Shown: piece by piece, positions 35,706 through 43,842 of the stretch
How the letters are laid out: each line of letters starts with the position of its first letter
Position numbering within the stretch: position 1 is the stretch's first letter
DNA from: Candidatus Avelusimicrobium excrementipullorum
GTDB taxonomy: Bacteria; Elusimicrobiota; Elusimicrobia; Elusimicrobiales; Elusimicrobiaceae
Assembly: GCA_944327025.1 (NCBI GenBank)
Contig: CALVGF010000003.1
Location: forward strand, 36,667 to 100,666
Length of the DNA stretch: 64,000 bases
Direction: 5' to 3'
Program-made: the position numbers and the translations under genes
Notes under the pieces: generated by a model
The model's input: the letters and a program-made list of their open reading frames with translations, nothing else
What the model was told of the DNA's origin: nothing
Databases searched by the model: none

Positions 35706-36059
35706 TTACATCATGCCGGCGGCCGCGCCGAGTCCGGCCAGCAGCGCTCCCCCGAAAAACAGGAAAAGCGCAGCGGGCAGCAGCGTCAGAATGACGGTAA
35801 TCCAGCCAAATACCGCCGCCCAGTAAGCGGACTGGGCCGCTTCCGCAGGGTGGTTTTGCTGCAGCTGGTCCTTGGCGCGTAAAGACAGTATCAGCGCCGC
35901 CAAAGCCAGCGCCACGGCAAAAAAGCCCGTAAAACAGGACAAACACACCGCCACCACCGCCAGCGTGAAATGCGTGTTGACATAAACACCGTTTGCGGCG
36001 GGCTGTGCCGGAGCCGCATTTTCGGCGGGAGCTGTTTGATTTTGTTCGTTTTCGTTCAT
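35706..36059 (-). CDS. Small two-TM membrane protein (CD225/dispanin-like or DUF4190-like; uncertain)
   Basis: 117 aa. Polar N-terminus, two hydrophobic helices flanking LSLRAKDQLQQNHPAEAAQSAYWA. GGAGG SD 7 nt upstream. Confidence 0.5.
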   Translation of the reverse strand: MNENEQNQTAPAENAAPAQPAANGVYVNTHFTLAVVAVCLSCFTGFFAVALALAALILSLRAKDQLQQNHPAEAAQSAYWAAVFGWITVILTLLPAALFLFFGGALLAGLGAAAGMM

Positions 36060-36090
36060 TTTTGCCTCCGTCCCGTCTGCTTAGGCGGGT

Positions 36091-36153
36091 TTATTTTTTC
36101 TTGTTAATGTCTTTGTCGTCTTTGTTCTGTCCGCATCCGCATCCGCATCCCAT
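36091..36153 (-). CDS. Unannotated 20-codon ORF encoding MGCGCGCGQNKDDKDINKKK
   Basis: Translated by hand. SD AAGGGGGTAAATT-ATG. Three tandem TGCGGA hexamers encode (CG)3. The stop lies 31 nt upstream of the 35706-36059 gene on the same strand. Confidence 0.35.
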   Translation of the reverse strand: MGCGCGCGQNKDDKDINKKK

Positions 36154-36224
36154 AATTTACCCCCTTGCGGTGTAGTAAACCGCCCCATTATTATATAAAA
36201 TGTATGTCAAAGGAGCCTTTGAAA

Positions 36225-36506
36225 ATGATACTAGAAAAAGATAATGCCGCCAAATGCGCGCGTATGGCCAAAATACGCCTTACGCCTCAGGAAACGGCAC
36301 AATATGAGCAGCAGATGCAGGAGCTGTTTGGTTGGGTGCAGCAGCTTTCCGAAGTGGACACCTCCGGCGTGGATGTTTCCGCCGCGGCGGGCGCGGCTTA
36401 TTTGCGCCTCGACGAACCGATAACCGACGCCCCGCTGGCGCAGACTTTGGTCGGTGCGTTTAACGAACAGCTGGACCATTGCGCCAAGGTGAAAAAGGTG
36501 TTATAA
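36225..36506 (+). CDS. gatC: Asp/Glu-tRNA(Asn/Gln) amidotransferase subunit C
   Basis: 93 aa. ARMAKIRLTPQETAQYEQQMQELFGWVQQLSEVDTSGV is typical of GatC. AAGGAG SD. Directly followed by gatA. Confidence 0.9.
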   Translation: MILEKDNAAKCARMAKIRLTPQETAQYEQQMQELFGWVQQLSEVDTSGVDVSAAAGAAYLRLDEPITDAPLAQTLVGAFNEQLDHCAKVKKVL

Positions 36507-36507
36507 G

Positions 36508-37923
36508 ATGAAGAACGTTTTTGAAATCGCCAGCGCCGTGCAGAGCGGCAAAATGACCGCGCGGGAAGCGGTGCTGTATTCTTTACAGAAAATCAAAGAG
36601 TTGAACCCGCAGATAAACGCATTTGTGGAAGTGTGGCCGGAAGAGGCGTTAAAACGCGCCGATGAAATAGACGCCCGCCGCGAAAAAGGGGAAAAACTCG
36701 GCCTGCTGGCCGGCGTGCCCGTGGGGATAAAAGACAATATTTTGTATAAGGGGCACAAAGCGACCTGCTGTTCCAAAATGCTGGAAAATTATGTGGCTCC
36801 GTATAATTCCACCGTGGTGGAAAAACTGCTGGCGGCGGACGCGGTGATTGTGGGCCGCACGAATATGGACGAATTTGCCATGGGCAGCAGCAACCAGACT
36901 TCCGTATACGGGCCGGTGCACAACCCCGTGGATTTTGACCGCGTGCCCGGCGGCAGTTCCGGCGGCAGCGCCGCGGCCGTGGCGGCGGGCATGGTGCCGG
37001 CCGCCCTGGGAACGGATACGGGCGGGTCGGTGCGCCAGCCGGCTTCTTTTTGCGGCGTGGTGGGCATTAAGCCCGGCTACGGGCGCATTTCCCGCTATGG
37101 CGTGGTGGCGTTTTCTTCCGGCGCGGACCAGGTGGGCGTGCTGGCGGCGGACGTGCAAAGTGCGGCCCTGATGTTGGAAGCCCTCTGCGGACGCGACGTG
37201 AACGACTCTACGTCTTTGGACGAACCGGTGCCCGCGTTTAGTCAGAATTTTACGCCGGACATTAAGGGGTTGAAAGTCGGTATGCCCAAGGGATTTTTAG
37301 ATAATTTGGGCGAAGAGGTCAAAGAAAAAATTTTGGCCGCGGCGGAAAAACTCAAAACTTTGGGCGCGCAGCTGGTGGAGGTAGACGTACCCCACGCCAA
37401 ATATTCCGCGCCGTGTTATTATATTATTACCAGCGCCGAAGCCAGCTCCAACCTGGCGCGTTTTGACGGCATACGCTACGGCTATCAGGCCAAAGACGCC
37501 AAAGATTTAAACGACCAGTATGAGCTGGACCGCGCCCCGTTCGGAGCGGAGGTAAAGAAACGCATTATTATCGGCTCCACGGCGTTGCGCGCGGAAAATT
37601 ACGAAGCCTGTTATTTGCAGGCCGTCAAAGTGCGCGAGTTGATTAAGCGCGACTTTGCCGAAGCGTTTAAAAATGTGGACGTCATTTTGACACCCACTTC
37701 GCCCACGACGGCGTTTACGCTCGGCGCACATAAAGACAATCCGCTGGCCGTCTATCTGGCCGATCTTTACACCTGCCAGGGCAATATCGGCGGGCTGGCC
37801 GGCATCAGCGTGCCGTGCGGCAACGATAAACTGGGCCTGCCGGTGGGGCTGCAGTTTTACGGGCCGATTTTGCAGGAAGAAAAAATATTAAACGCGGCGT
37901 ATCATTTTGAGAAGGCATTATGA
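36508..37923 (+). CDS. gatA: Asp/Glu-tRNA(Asn/Gln) amidotransferase subunit A
   Basis: Amidase signature GGSSGGSAAAVAAG and KDNI motif. 471 aa. Confidence 0.95.
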   Translation: MKNVFEIASAVQSGKMTAREAVLYSLQKIKELNPQINAFVEVWPEEALKRADEIDARREKGEKLGLLAGVPVGIKDNILYKGHKATCCSKMLENYVAPYNSTVVEKLLAADAVIVGRTNMDEFAMGSSNQTSVYGPVHNPVDFDRVPGGSSGGSAAAVAAGMVPAALGTDTGGSVRQPASFCGVVGIKPGYGRISRYGVVAFSSGADQVGVLAADVQSAALMLEALCGRDVNDSTSLDEPVPAFSQNFTPDIKGLKVGMPKGFLDNLGEEVKEKILAAAEKLKTLGAQLVEVDVPHAKYSAPCYYIITSAEASSNLARFDGIRYGYQAKDAKDLNDQYELDRAPFGAEVKKRIIIGSTALRAENYEACYLQAVKVRELIKRDFAEAFKNVDVILTPTSPTTAFTLGAHKDNPLAVYLADLYTCQGNIGGLAGISVPCGNDKLGLPVGLQFYGPILQEEKILNAAYHFEKAL

Positions 37924-38369
37924 TTGTTTCCGAATTTTCGTGCGGCGGTGTGATACTGGACGGGCGCAAAGTATTGCTGGTCCAGGTCAAAAACATGAAA
38001 GGCAAAAAAATCTGGACGTTTCCCAAAGGCCATATTGAAGCCGGCGAAACGCCCCGCCAGGCCGCGCTGCGCGAAGTGCTGGAGGAAACGGGCTATAAAG
38101 CCGTTATCGTACGGCCGATGATACGCGTTAAATACGCTTTTACGTTTCAGGGCAATTACGTCAAAAAAATGGTGCAGTGGTATTTGATGAAAAAGCTGGG
38201 GCGTATTGGCAAACATGACGCATCGGAAATTATTTCCATACGCTGGGTGTCTTTGCAGAAAGCGCGCGAGCTGGTGCAGTACCCCAGTGACATACGCCTG
38301 GTGGATATGCTGATGTCCTCGCTGCATATAGAGCCGGCGGAAGCGCCGGAAACGGAAGAAAAAGAATAA
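37920..38369 (+). CDS. NUDIX hydrolase
   Basis: Nudix box GHIEAGETPRQAALREVLEETG. ATGA overlap with gatA. Confidence 0.85.
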   Translation: MIVSEFSCGGVILDGRKVLLVQVKNMKGKKIWTFPKGHIEAGETPRQAALREVLEETGYKAVIVRPMIRVKYAFTFQGNYVKKMVQWYLMKKLGRIGKHDASEIISIRWVSLQKARELVQYPSDIRLVDMLMSSLHIEPAEAPETEEKE

Positions 38370-38397
38370 AACGTTTCGGTCGTTATGCTTTTCAAAA

Positions 38398-38435
38398 CGG
38401 AGTGCAAAACAGTTGGTTTTGCACTCCGTTTTTTT
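38398..38435 (+). terminator. Intrinsic terminator after the gatCA-nudix unit
   Basis: 13-bp stem CGGAGTGCAAAAC / GTTTTGCACTCCG with a 5-nt loop and a 7-T run. Confidence 0.85.
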
Positions 38436-38520
38436 ATTCTGCGGCTCACAGTATGCTTTTGTCAAAGAAGGAAATTTGTCCGCTGGAGAAGCCTTTGTTT
38501 GGCTGGCGTTTTTAAAAGGG

Positions 38521-38558
38521 CTTGACTCGTTTTTTTTTTTGCTAAATTTTATCCTGTA
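38521..38558 (+). promoter_or_regulatory. Promoter module CTTGACTCG-T11-GCTAAATT...CCTGTA (TTGACT -35, TGcTAAATT extended -10); a related copy lies at 50111-50144
   Basis: TTGACT at 38522-38527 and TGCTAAATT at 38540-38548. The first 17 nt (CTTGACTCGTTTTTTTT) are identical to 50111-50127. Confidence 0.45.
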
Positions 38559-38695
38559 GTAAAAAATGACTAAAAAAGACCCTGCAAAAAATATCCCCGG
38601 AAAATGGCGTTTTTGGCCGTTTAAAGGCCATTGCATTTTTGGCGGTTTGGATGGTTTTTTAGGGGTTCGCCCCGCAAGGGAAAGAGGAGAAAAGC

Positions 38696-39391
38696 ATGAA
38701 GAATCTTCAAAAGATGTTGGTGTCGTTGGCGGCGCTGGGTTTGCTGGCGGCGTGGCCGGCCACGGCTTTGGCGGCCGAAGTCAGCCCGTACGCTTCTTTT
38801 AAGGCGTCCCACAGCGCCATTGATGCGGATGTGTTTGATTATGACAATGCGCTTGGCGGCAAATGGGCCGTGGGTGTTTCCGCCAATGTGCTGGAAAGAG
38901 CCGCGCTGCGCGCGGAGCTGGAATACGGAGATACGTCCGCCTCTTATACGGAATTTTCCGGCAGAGACAACGGCGATCCGCACTCCAATGAGGACCGCGC
39001 CGGCCAGATAGACAGCAAAACGCTGTTCTTAAACTTCTATTTTGACATAGACACCGGCACGATTTTTACCCCGTATATCGGAGCGGGTTTGGGCGTGCAC
39101 AATGCGGCTTTGGACTATAATTTTAAGAGCGGTCGCTATTCTATTCCCGAAACGCGCACTTCCGACTGGAAATTCGCCTGGAACGTGGGTGCGGGCGTAG
39201 GCGTGCGCGTGACGCAGAATCTGACGCTGGATTTGGGTTACCGCTACAGCGATTTGGGTTCGTTCGGTATGACCGCCGGTTTGTATAAGGATGACTACAA
39301 CAACAGCTCCACTTGGCGCGAGAAAGAAGAACATTTTGATTATGACTTAAAAGCGCATGAAGTCTTGCTCGGCCTGCGCTATACGTTCTAA
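38696..39391 (+). CDS. Outer-membrane beta-barrel protein (OmpA-like/OMP_b-brl 8-strand type)
   Basis: Signal peptide ending ALA|AE. Alternating amphipathic strands, aromatic girdle residues, and a C-terminal LGLRYTF (terminal Phe). SD AGAGGAGAA. Confidence 0.75.
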   Translation: MKNLQKMLVSLAALGLLAAWPATALAAEVSPYASFKASHSAIDADVFDYDNALGGKWAVGVSANVLERAALRAELEYGDTSASYTEFSGRDNGDPHSNEDRAGQIDSKTLFLNFYFDIDTGTIFTPYIGAGLGVHNAALDYNFKSGRYSIPETRTSDWKFAWNVGAGVGVRVTQNLTLDLGYRYSDLGSFGMTAGLYKDDYNNSSTWREKEEHFDYDLKAHEVLLGLRYTF

Positions 39392-39414
39392 TCCAGCCTG
39401 AAAGTAGTTTCTTC

Positions 39415-39442
39415 CGCTCCGGTTTCGGCCGGAGCGTTTTTT
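39415..39442 (+). terminator. Intrinsic terminator after the OMP gene
   Basis: CGCTCCGG-TTTCGG-CCGGAGCG followed by TTTTTT. Confidence 0.8.
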
Positions 39443-39484
39443 ATGGGTTAATTTTATGGGGAAGTTATTTGTTTGGCAAGATTT

Positions 39485-39520
39485 AATAAAACACCCTTCC
39501 GCTTCATAGCGGAAGGGTGT
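39485..39520 (-). terminator. Intrinsic terminator for the YtxH-like gene
   Basis: 12-bp stem ACACCCTTCCGC / GCGGAAGGGTGT, followed on the minus strand by TTTATT. Confidence 0.7.
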
Positions 39521-39540
39521 TTGCAGTTAAAATAGCCGGA

Positions 39541-39954
39541 TTAACGAATTTTCTTGGCGGCTTTTTCCAGTCCGTCGGCGGCTTTTTCGCGCAGGTCCTC
39601 GGTTTTTTCCAGCGCGCGGTGTTTGAGTTCTTCGGCCTTGCCGCTCACGCGTTCTTTGAGCTCTCCGGCGCGTTCTTTTAGGTCGTCCATGCGCTCTTTG
39701 GCGCCGTGGGCGTGTTCGGCAAATTTTTCTTTCAGTTCGCCGGCGCGTTCCAGGACGTGTTCCTTCAGCTCATGGGCGCGGTCGGCCAGTTCTTCTTTGC
39801 CCTCTTCATAGGTGTCTTCGGCCCAGCGTTTAAATTTGCGGCGGGTCGTTTCCCCTTTGGCGGGCGCAAACAGCACCCCCAGCGTGACCCCGATTAAGGC
39901 CCCCAGCACAAAAGTAGCCAGCCCTTCGGCGTGGCAATGGCATCTGTCGCTCAT
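39541..39954 (-). CDS. YtxH-domain protein (membrane-anchored, LEA-like helical repeats)
   Basis: N-terminal TM with LGALIGVTLGVLFAPAKGETTRRK (YtxH pattern), then repeated (R)AGELKE(K/R) amphipathic units. GGAGGAATT SD. Confidence 0.7.
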   Translation of the reverse strand: MSDRCHCHAEGLATFVLGALIGVTLGVLFAPAKGETTRRKFKRWAEDTYEEGKEELADRAHELKEHVLERAGELKEKFAEHAHGAKERMDDLKERAGELKERVSGKAEELKHRALEKTEDLREKAADGLEKAAKKIR

Positions 39955-40083
39955 AAATTCCTCCTTTTCCCTGTGTTTAATATATATTTTATAACAAATC
40001 CGCGCATTTTCAATATACTATAATAAATATAACACACTGCCGTTTTTCGGAACAGTTGTTTTTTACATTAGGAGGTATTCCCC

Positions 40084-41472
40084 ATGCCAAATCCTTCCGC
40101 GCCGCGCAATAACGGCAAACAGCAGGATCCCGCTTTGCGCCGCAAAAATTTTGACGAAGTAGCGCATACGTTTACCAAAGAAGAGGCCGTGGCGGAGGCG
40201 GACCGCTGTCTGCACTGCCCCACCCATCCATGCCAGAACGCCTGCCCCGTGGGCGTGCATATTCCGGATTTTATCGCTTTTATCAAAGCCGGCGACGCCG
40301 GCGCAGCCGTATCTGAGATTATGAAAACCAGCCTGCTGCCCGCCATTTGCGGCCGCGTCTGCCCGCAGGAAAAACACTGCGAAGGGCATTGTGTGCTCAA
40401 GGCTAAATTCGGCGCAGTCAATATCGGCGGGCTGGAGCGTTACGCGGCCGACACTGCGCGCGCCGAAGGCGCCCTAAAACCGCCCGTGCCCGCGGCTTCC
40501 ACCGGCAAAAAAGTGGTGTGCATCGGTTCCGGCCCGTCCTCGTTGGCCTGTGCGGCCGAGCTGCGTCGCGCGGGGCATGACGTAACCGTGCTGGAAGCCC
40601 TGCACGCTTACGGCGGCGTACTGCGCTACGGCATTCCTTCTTTCCGTCTGCCGCGCGAAGTCATTAACAAAGAAGTGCAGACCGTGCAGGATATGGGCGT
40701 CAAGTTTAAGACGGACGTGCTGGTCGGCGCGACCATTAAATTGGACGAACTATTAAAAGAATATGACGCGGTGTATATCGGTTCCGGTGCGGGGCTGCCC
40801 ATGATGCTGGGCATTCCGGGCGAAAACGGCGTGGGCGTGTACAGCGCCAATGAATTTTTAACGCGCATTAATCTGATGCAGGCTTATAAGTTCCCGCAGG
40901 CCGACACGCCGGTGCAGGTGGGCAAACATGTGGTGGTGCTCGGCGGCGGCAACAGCGCCATGGACGCGGCCCGCTGCGCCATGCGCCTGCAGCCGGAAAC
41001 GGTGACGATTGCGTACCGCCGCAGCCGTGAGGAAATGCCCGCCCGCGCCGCGGAAGTGGAACACGCGCAGGAAGAAGGCATACAGTTTGAATACCTGGTA
41101 ACGCCCAAAGAAATTTTGCAGGACGAACAGGGCCGCGTTACCGGCATACGCTTTACGCGCAACCAACTGGGCGAACCCGATGAGCGGGGCCGCCGCCGGC
41201 CCGTGGAAATCCCGGGCTCTGACTTTGTACAGCCGGCCGACACCGTTATTACCGCCATCGGCCAGCGCCCCAACCCGACGATTGCCAAAACCACGCCGGC
41301 GCTGAAAACGACCGAGCGCGGCGTAATCGCGTTAAACGAAAAAGGCGAAACTTCCATGCCCGGCGTGTATGCCGGAGGGGACATTATACGCGGCGGCGCA
41401 ACGGTGCTGCTGGCCATGAACGACGGCATTGCGGCCGCGGGGCGCATTAACGAATATTTAAAGGGGAAATAA
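40084..41472 (+). CDS. NADPH-dependent glutamate synthase small-chain-like oxidoreductase (NfnB/SudA type)
   Basis: N-terminal Cys clusters (CLHCPTHPCQNACP; CGRVCPQEKHCEGHC) and two Rossmann GxGxxG/A motifs (IGSGPSSLACA, VLGGGNSAMD). Paired with a PyrK-like subunit. Confidence 0.85.
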   Translation: MPNPSAPRNNGKQQDPALRRKNFDEVAHTFTKEEAVAEADRCLHCPTHPCQNACPVGVHIPDFIAFIKAGDAGAAVSEIMKTSLLPAICGRVCPQEKHCEGHCVLKAKFGAVNIGGLERYAADTARAEGALKPPVPAASTGKKVVCIGSGPSSLACAAELRRAGHDVTVLEALHAYGGVLRYGIPSFRLPREVINKEVQTVQDMGVKFKTDVLVGATIKLDELLKEYDAVYIGSGAGLPMMLGIPGENGVGVYSANEFLTRINLMQAYKFPQADTPVQVGKHVVVLGGGNSAMDAARCAMRLQPETVTIAYRRSREEMPARAAEVEHAQEEGIQFEYLVTPKEILQDEQGRVTGIRFTRNQLGEPDERGRRRPVEIPGSDFVQPADTVITAIGQRPNPTIAKTTPALKTTERGVIALNEKGETSMPGVYAGGDIIRGGATVLLAMNDGIAAAGRINEYLKGK

Positions 41473-41473
41473 T

Positions 41474-42328
41474 ATGCGGGAAAATGAAATTTTAAAGAGA
41501 GAACAATTAAACGACGTGGTGGTAAAATTCGTTCTGTACAAACCGCAGGTGGCCGCCTCGGCGCGCGCGGGGCAGTTTGTCATTCTGCGCGGCAACGAAA
41601 GCGGAGAGCGCATACCCGTCACGCTGGTGGACTGGGACGCCCATAAAGGCACCATTACGGTCATTATCCAGTCCATAGGCAAATCCACGTTTATGTTTAA
41701 TTCCTTGAAAAAAGGAGATGAGTTTTTAAACGTACTCGGCCCGCTGGGCACGCCTATTGACGTGCAGAATTACGGCACGGTGGCCGTGGTCGGCGGCGGT
41801 GTGGGTATTGCCGAAGTGTATCCCATCGCCAAAGCCTTAAAGCACGCGGGCAACAAAGTCATTTCCATTTTGGGCGCGCGCACCAAAGACCTGGTGATTT
41901 TGGAAAACGAAATGAAAGGCGTATCCGACATTACCCTGCCGTGCACGGACGACGGTTCTTACGGCCAAAAAGGCATGGTGACCGATGTGCTTAAAGGCAT
42001 TGTACAGGCCGGAGAAAAAATCAATGCCGGCTTTGTCATTGGACCGATACCGATGATGAAGTTTACCTCCAAACTGATGGTGGAGCTGGGCATTGCCCCT
42101 TACGCCAGCCTAAACCCGATTATGCTGGACGGCACGGGTATGTGCGGCTGCTGCCGCGTCACGGTGGACGGCAAGGTGCGTTTTGCCTGCGTGGACGGGC
42201 CGATGTTCCCCGCGCATGCGATAGACTTTGACGAGCTGATCCGCCGCACCGGTGAATACAAAGGCGAAGAAAAAACCGCCGTGGCGGAATACGAAAAAGA
42301 CCACCAGTGCAAAATCGGTTTGCACTAA
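41474..42328 (+). CDS. Ferredoxin-NADP+ reductase-like FAD/NAD subunit with C-terminal [2Fe-2S] (NfnA/SudB/PyrK type)
   Basis: FNR-like fold motifs (GQFVILR; GPLG) and the C-terminal cluster motif GTGMCGCCRV....FACVDGP. Confidence 0.85.
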   Translation: MRENEILKREQLNDVVVKFVLYKPQVAASARAGQFVILRGNESGERIPVTLVDWDAHKGTITVIIQSIGKSTFMFNSLKKGDEFLNVLGPLGTPIDVQNYGTVAVVGGGVGIAEVYPIAKALKHAGNKVISILGARTKDLVILENEMKGVSDITLPCTDDGSYGQKGMVTDVLKGIVQAGEKINAGFVIGPIPMMKFTSKLMVELGIAPYASLNPIMLDGTGMCGCCRVTVDGKVRFACVDGPMFPAHAIDFDELIRRTGEYKGEEKTAVAEYEKDHQCKIGLH

Positions 42329-42341
42329 AGAATATCCGCAT

Positions 42342-42376
42342 AAAAAACACCCCGCTTTTTTAAGCGGGGTGTTTTT
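42342..42376. terminator. Bidirectional intrinsic terminator
   Basis: AAAAAA-CACCCCGC-TTTTTTAA-GCGGGGTG-TTTTT. Confidence 0.85.
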
Positions 42377-42389
42377 GCATGAACAAAGT

Positions 42390-43715
42390 TTACAGCAGTT
42401 TGGAGGCCAGATCCGCCAGGCGGCTGCGCTCGGTTTTGGTAAACGTAATGTGGCCGTGCGTCGGCTGGCCTTTGAGGCGGTCCACCAGGTACGTCAGGCC
42501 GTTGGATTCTATGTCCAGGTACGGCGTATCAATTTGGTACGGGTCGCCGGTGACAACGATTTTGGTGCCCTCGCCCGCGCGGGTCAAAATGGTTTTCATT
42601 TCGTGCGGGGTCAGGTTTTGCGCGTCGTCCACAATCATATACTGCCCGGGCAGGGAGCGCCCGCGCATGTGCGTGACGGAAGCGATTTCAATTTTTCCGC
42701 TGTCCAGCAGGTAATGCGCTTTTTCTTCCCCTTCGTCGGGGTTTTTGCGGTCGGCCAGGAAAGCCAGGTTGTCGTAAATGGCGCCCATCCAGGCTTCCAG
42801 TTTTTCTTCTTTCGTACCGGGCAGGAAGCCCAAATCTTTGCCCACGGGCACGATGGAGCGGCACACCACCATGCGGCGGTAGGCGTTTTCGTCCATGGTG
42901 CGCTGCAGGCCCGTGGCCAGGGTGATCAGGGTTTTGCCCGTGCCGGCGGTGCCCACCAGGGTCACGATATCCAGGCTGTCGTCCAGCAGCAGTTCCATGG
43001 CAAAACGCTGCTCTTTGTTTAACGGCTTGATGCCCCAGGCCACCGGCTCCTGGGCGGAAAGCGGTTTTAAAACATCTTCGCCGTTGTTAGCCACGCGGCC
43101 GATGGCGGATTTTTTGCTGCCGTCATTGGCTTTTAAAATTAAAAACTGGTTGGGAAAATACAGCCCTTTTTCCAGCGGCAGTTTTTTATTTTGATAAAAC
43201 GCGTCAATCTGCGCCGGATCCACTTCCACTTCCGCCACGCCGGTATATAATTCGTCATATTTCACTTTGTCCGACGTATAATCCTGCGCGTTGAGACCCA
43301 GGGCTTCGGCCTTTAGGCGCATGTTGATGTCTTTGGTCACCACGAATACGGGGCTTTGGTTTTTCTTATATGAGCCCTCTTTTTTAGCCATGGTGTAGGC
43401 GATGTTTAAAATGGAATTGTCGGATTTGTTAAAGGACAAAATCTGCGGCAGGATATTGGGTTTGTCCAGCTCAATTTTCAGCGTGCCTCCTTTGGGCAGC
43501 TTGACCCCTTCGTTTAGGCGGCCTTTTTTGCGCAGTTCGTCCAGCTCGCGCGATACCATGCGGGCGTTTTTGCCGCGGGTGTCGCCTTCGCTTTTGAAAT
43601 TGTCCAGCTCTTCAATGACGACCATCGGAATGACGACGTCATTGTCTTCAAACGCATAAATGGAATTTACGTCGTGCAGCAGGACGTTGGTGTCCAAAAT
43701 AAAAGTTTTTTTCAT
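42390..43715 (-). CDS. PIN-domain + PhoH-like ATPase (YlaK/PhoH2 type)
   Basis: N-terminal PIN (FILDTNVLLHD), C-terminal PhoH Walker A GTAGTGKT and Walker B-like MIVDDAQNLT. GAGGTGA SD. Confidence 0.9.
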   Translation of the reverse strand: MKKTFILDTNVLLHDVNSIYAFEDNDVVIPMVVIEELDNFKSEGDTRGKNARMVSRELDELRKKGRLNEGVKLPKGGTLKIELDKPNILPQILSFNKSDNSILNIAYTMAKKEGSYKKNQSPVFVVTKDINMRLKAEALGLNAQDYTSDKVKYDELYTGVAEVEVDPAQIDAFYQNKKLPLEKGLYFPNQFLILKANDGSKKSAIGRVANNGEDVLKPLSAQEPVAWGIKPLNKEQRFAMELLLDDSLDIVTLVGTAGTGKTLITLATGLQRTMDENAYRRMVVCRSIVPVGKDLGFLPGTKEEKLEAWMGAIYDNLAFLADRKNPDEGEEKAHYLLDSGKIEIASVTHMRGRSLPGQYMIVDDAQNLTPHEMKTILTRAGEGTKIVVTGDPYQIDTPYLDIESNGLTYLVDRLKGQPTHGHITFTKTERSRLADLASKLL

Positions 43716-43827
43716 ATTTTCACCTCGGGCCGTTGCAGTACGGCGGGTTATTTATAGTATAAAGTTTGCGCGGCGTTTAATCAAGTGTTTTTTTCGGCGG
43801 CGGACGGGTGCAAAATATGCGATTAAT

Positions 43828-43836
43828 TGCTATAAC
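43828..43836 (+). promoter_or_regulatory. Extended -10 (TGcTATAAC) ending 6 nt before the ATG at 43843, giving a predicted leaderless transcript
   Basis: TTGCTATAAC-ATATAT-ATG with no SD. Confidence 0.5.
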
Positions 43837-43842
43837 ATATAT

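Noticed and set aside
36131-36150. The CCGCAT x3 tandem hexamer, considered as a CRISPR or SSR locus.
   Set aside because: There are only three copies, with no spacers. It is better explained as the coding repeat of the small Cys-Gly ORF, which is reported as a finding.
38566-38802. A 78-aa ORF in the leader of the OMP gene, and a 4-codon uORF (ATGAAAAGCCGTTAA at 50154-50168) ahead of the pilin-like gene.
   Set aside because: Neither has an SD. The first overlaps the OMP start out of frame and has a low-complexity product. There is no support beyond an open frame.
40084-42328. The large-then-small subunit order of the NfnAB-like pair, considered as an anomaly.
   Set aside because: Both orders occur among SudAB/NfnAB/GltD-PyrK-like pairs as far as I recall. 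Both proteins look intact with all cofactor motifs, so nothing unusual is demonstrable from the sequence.
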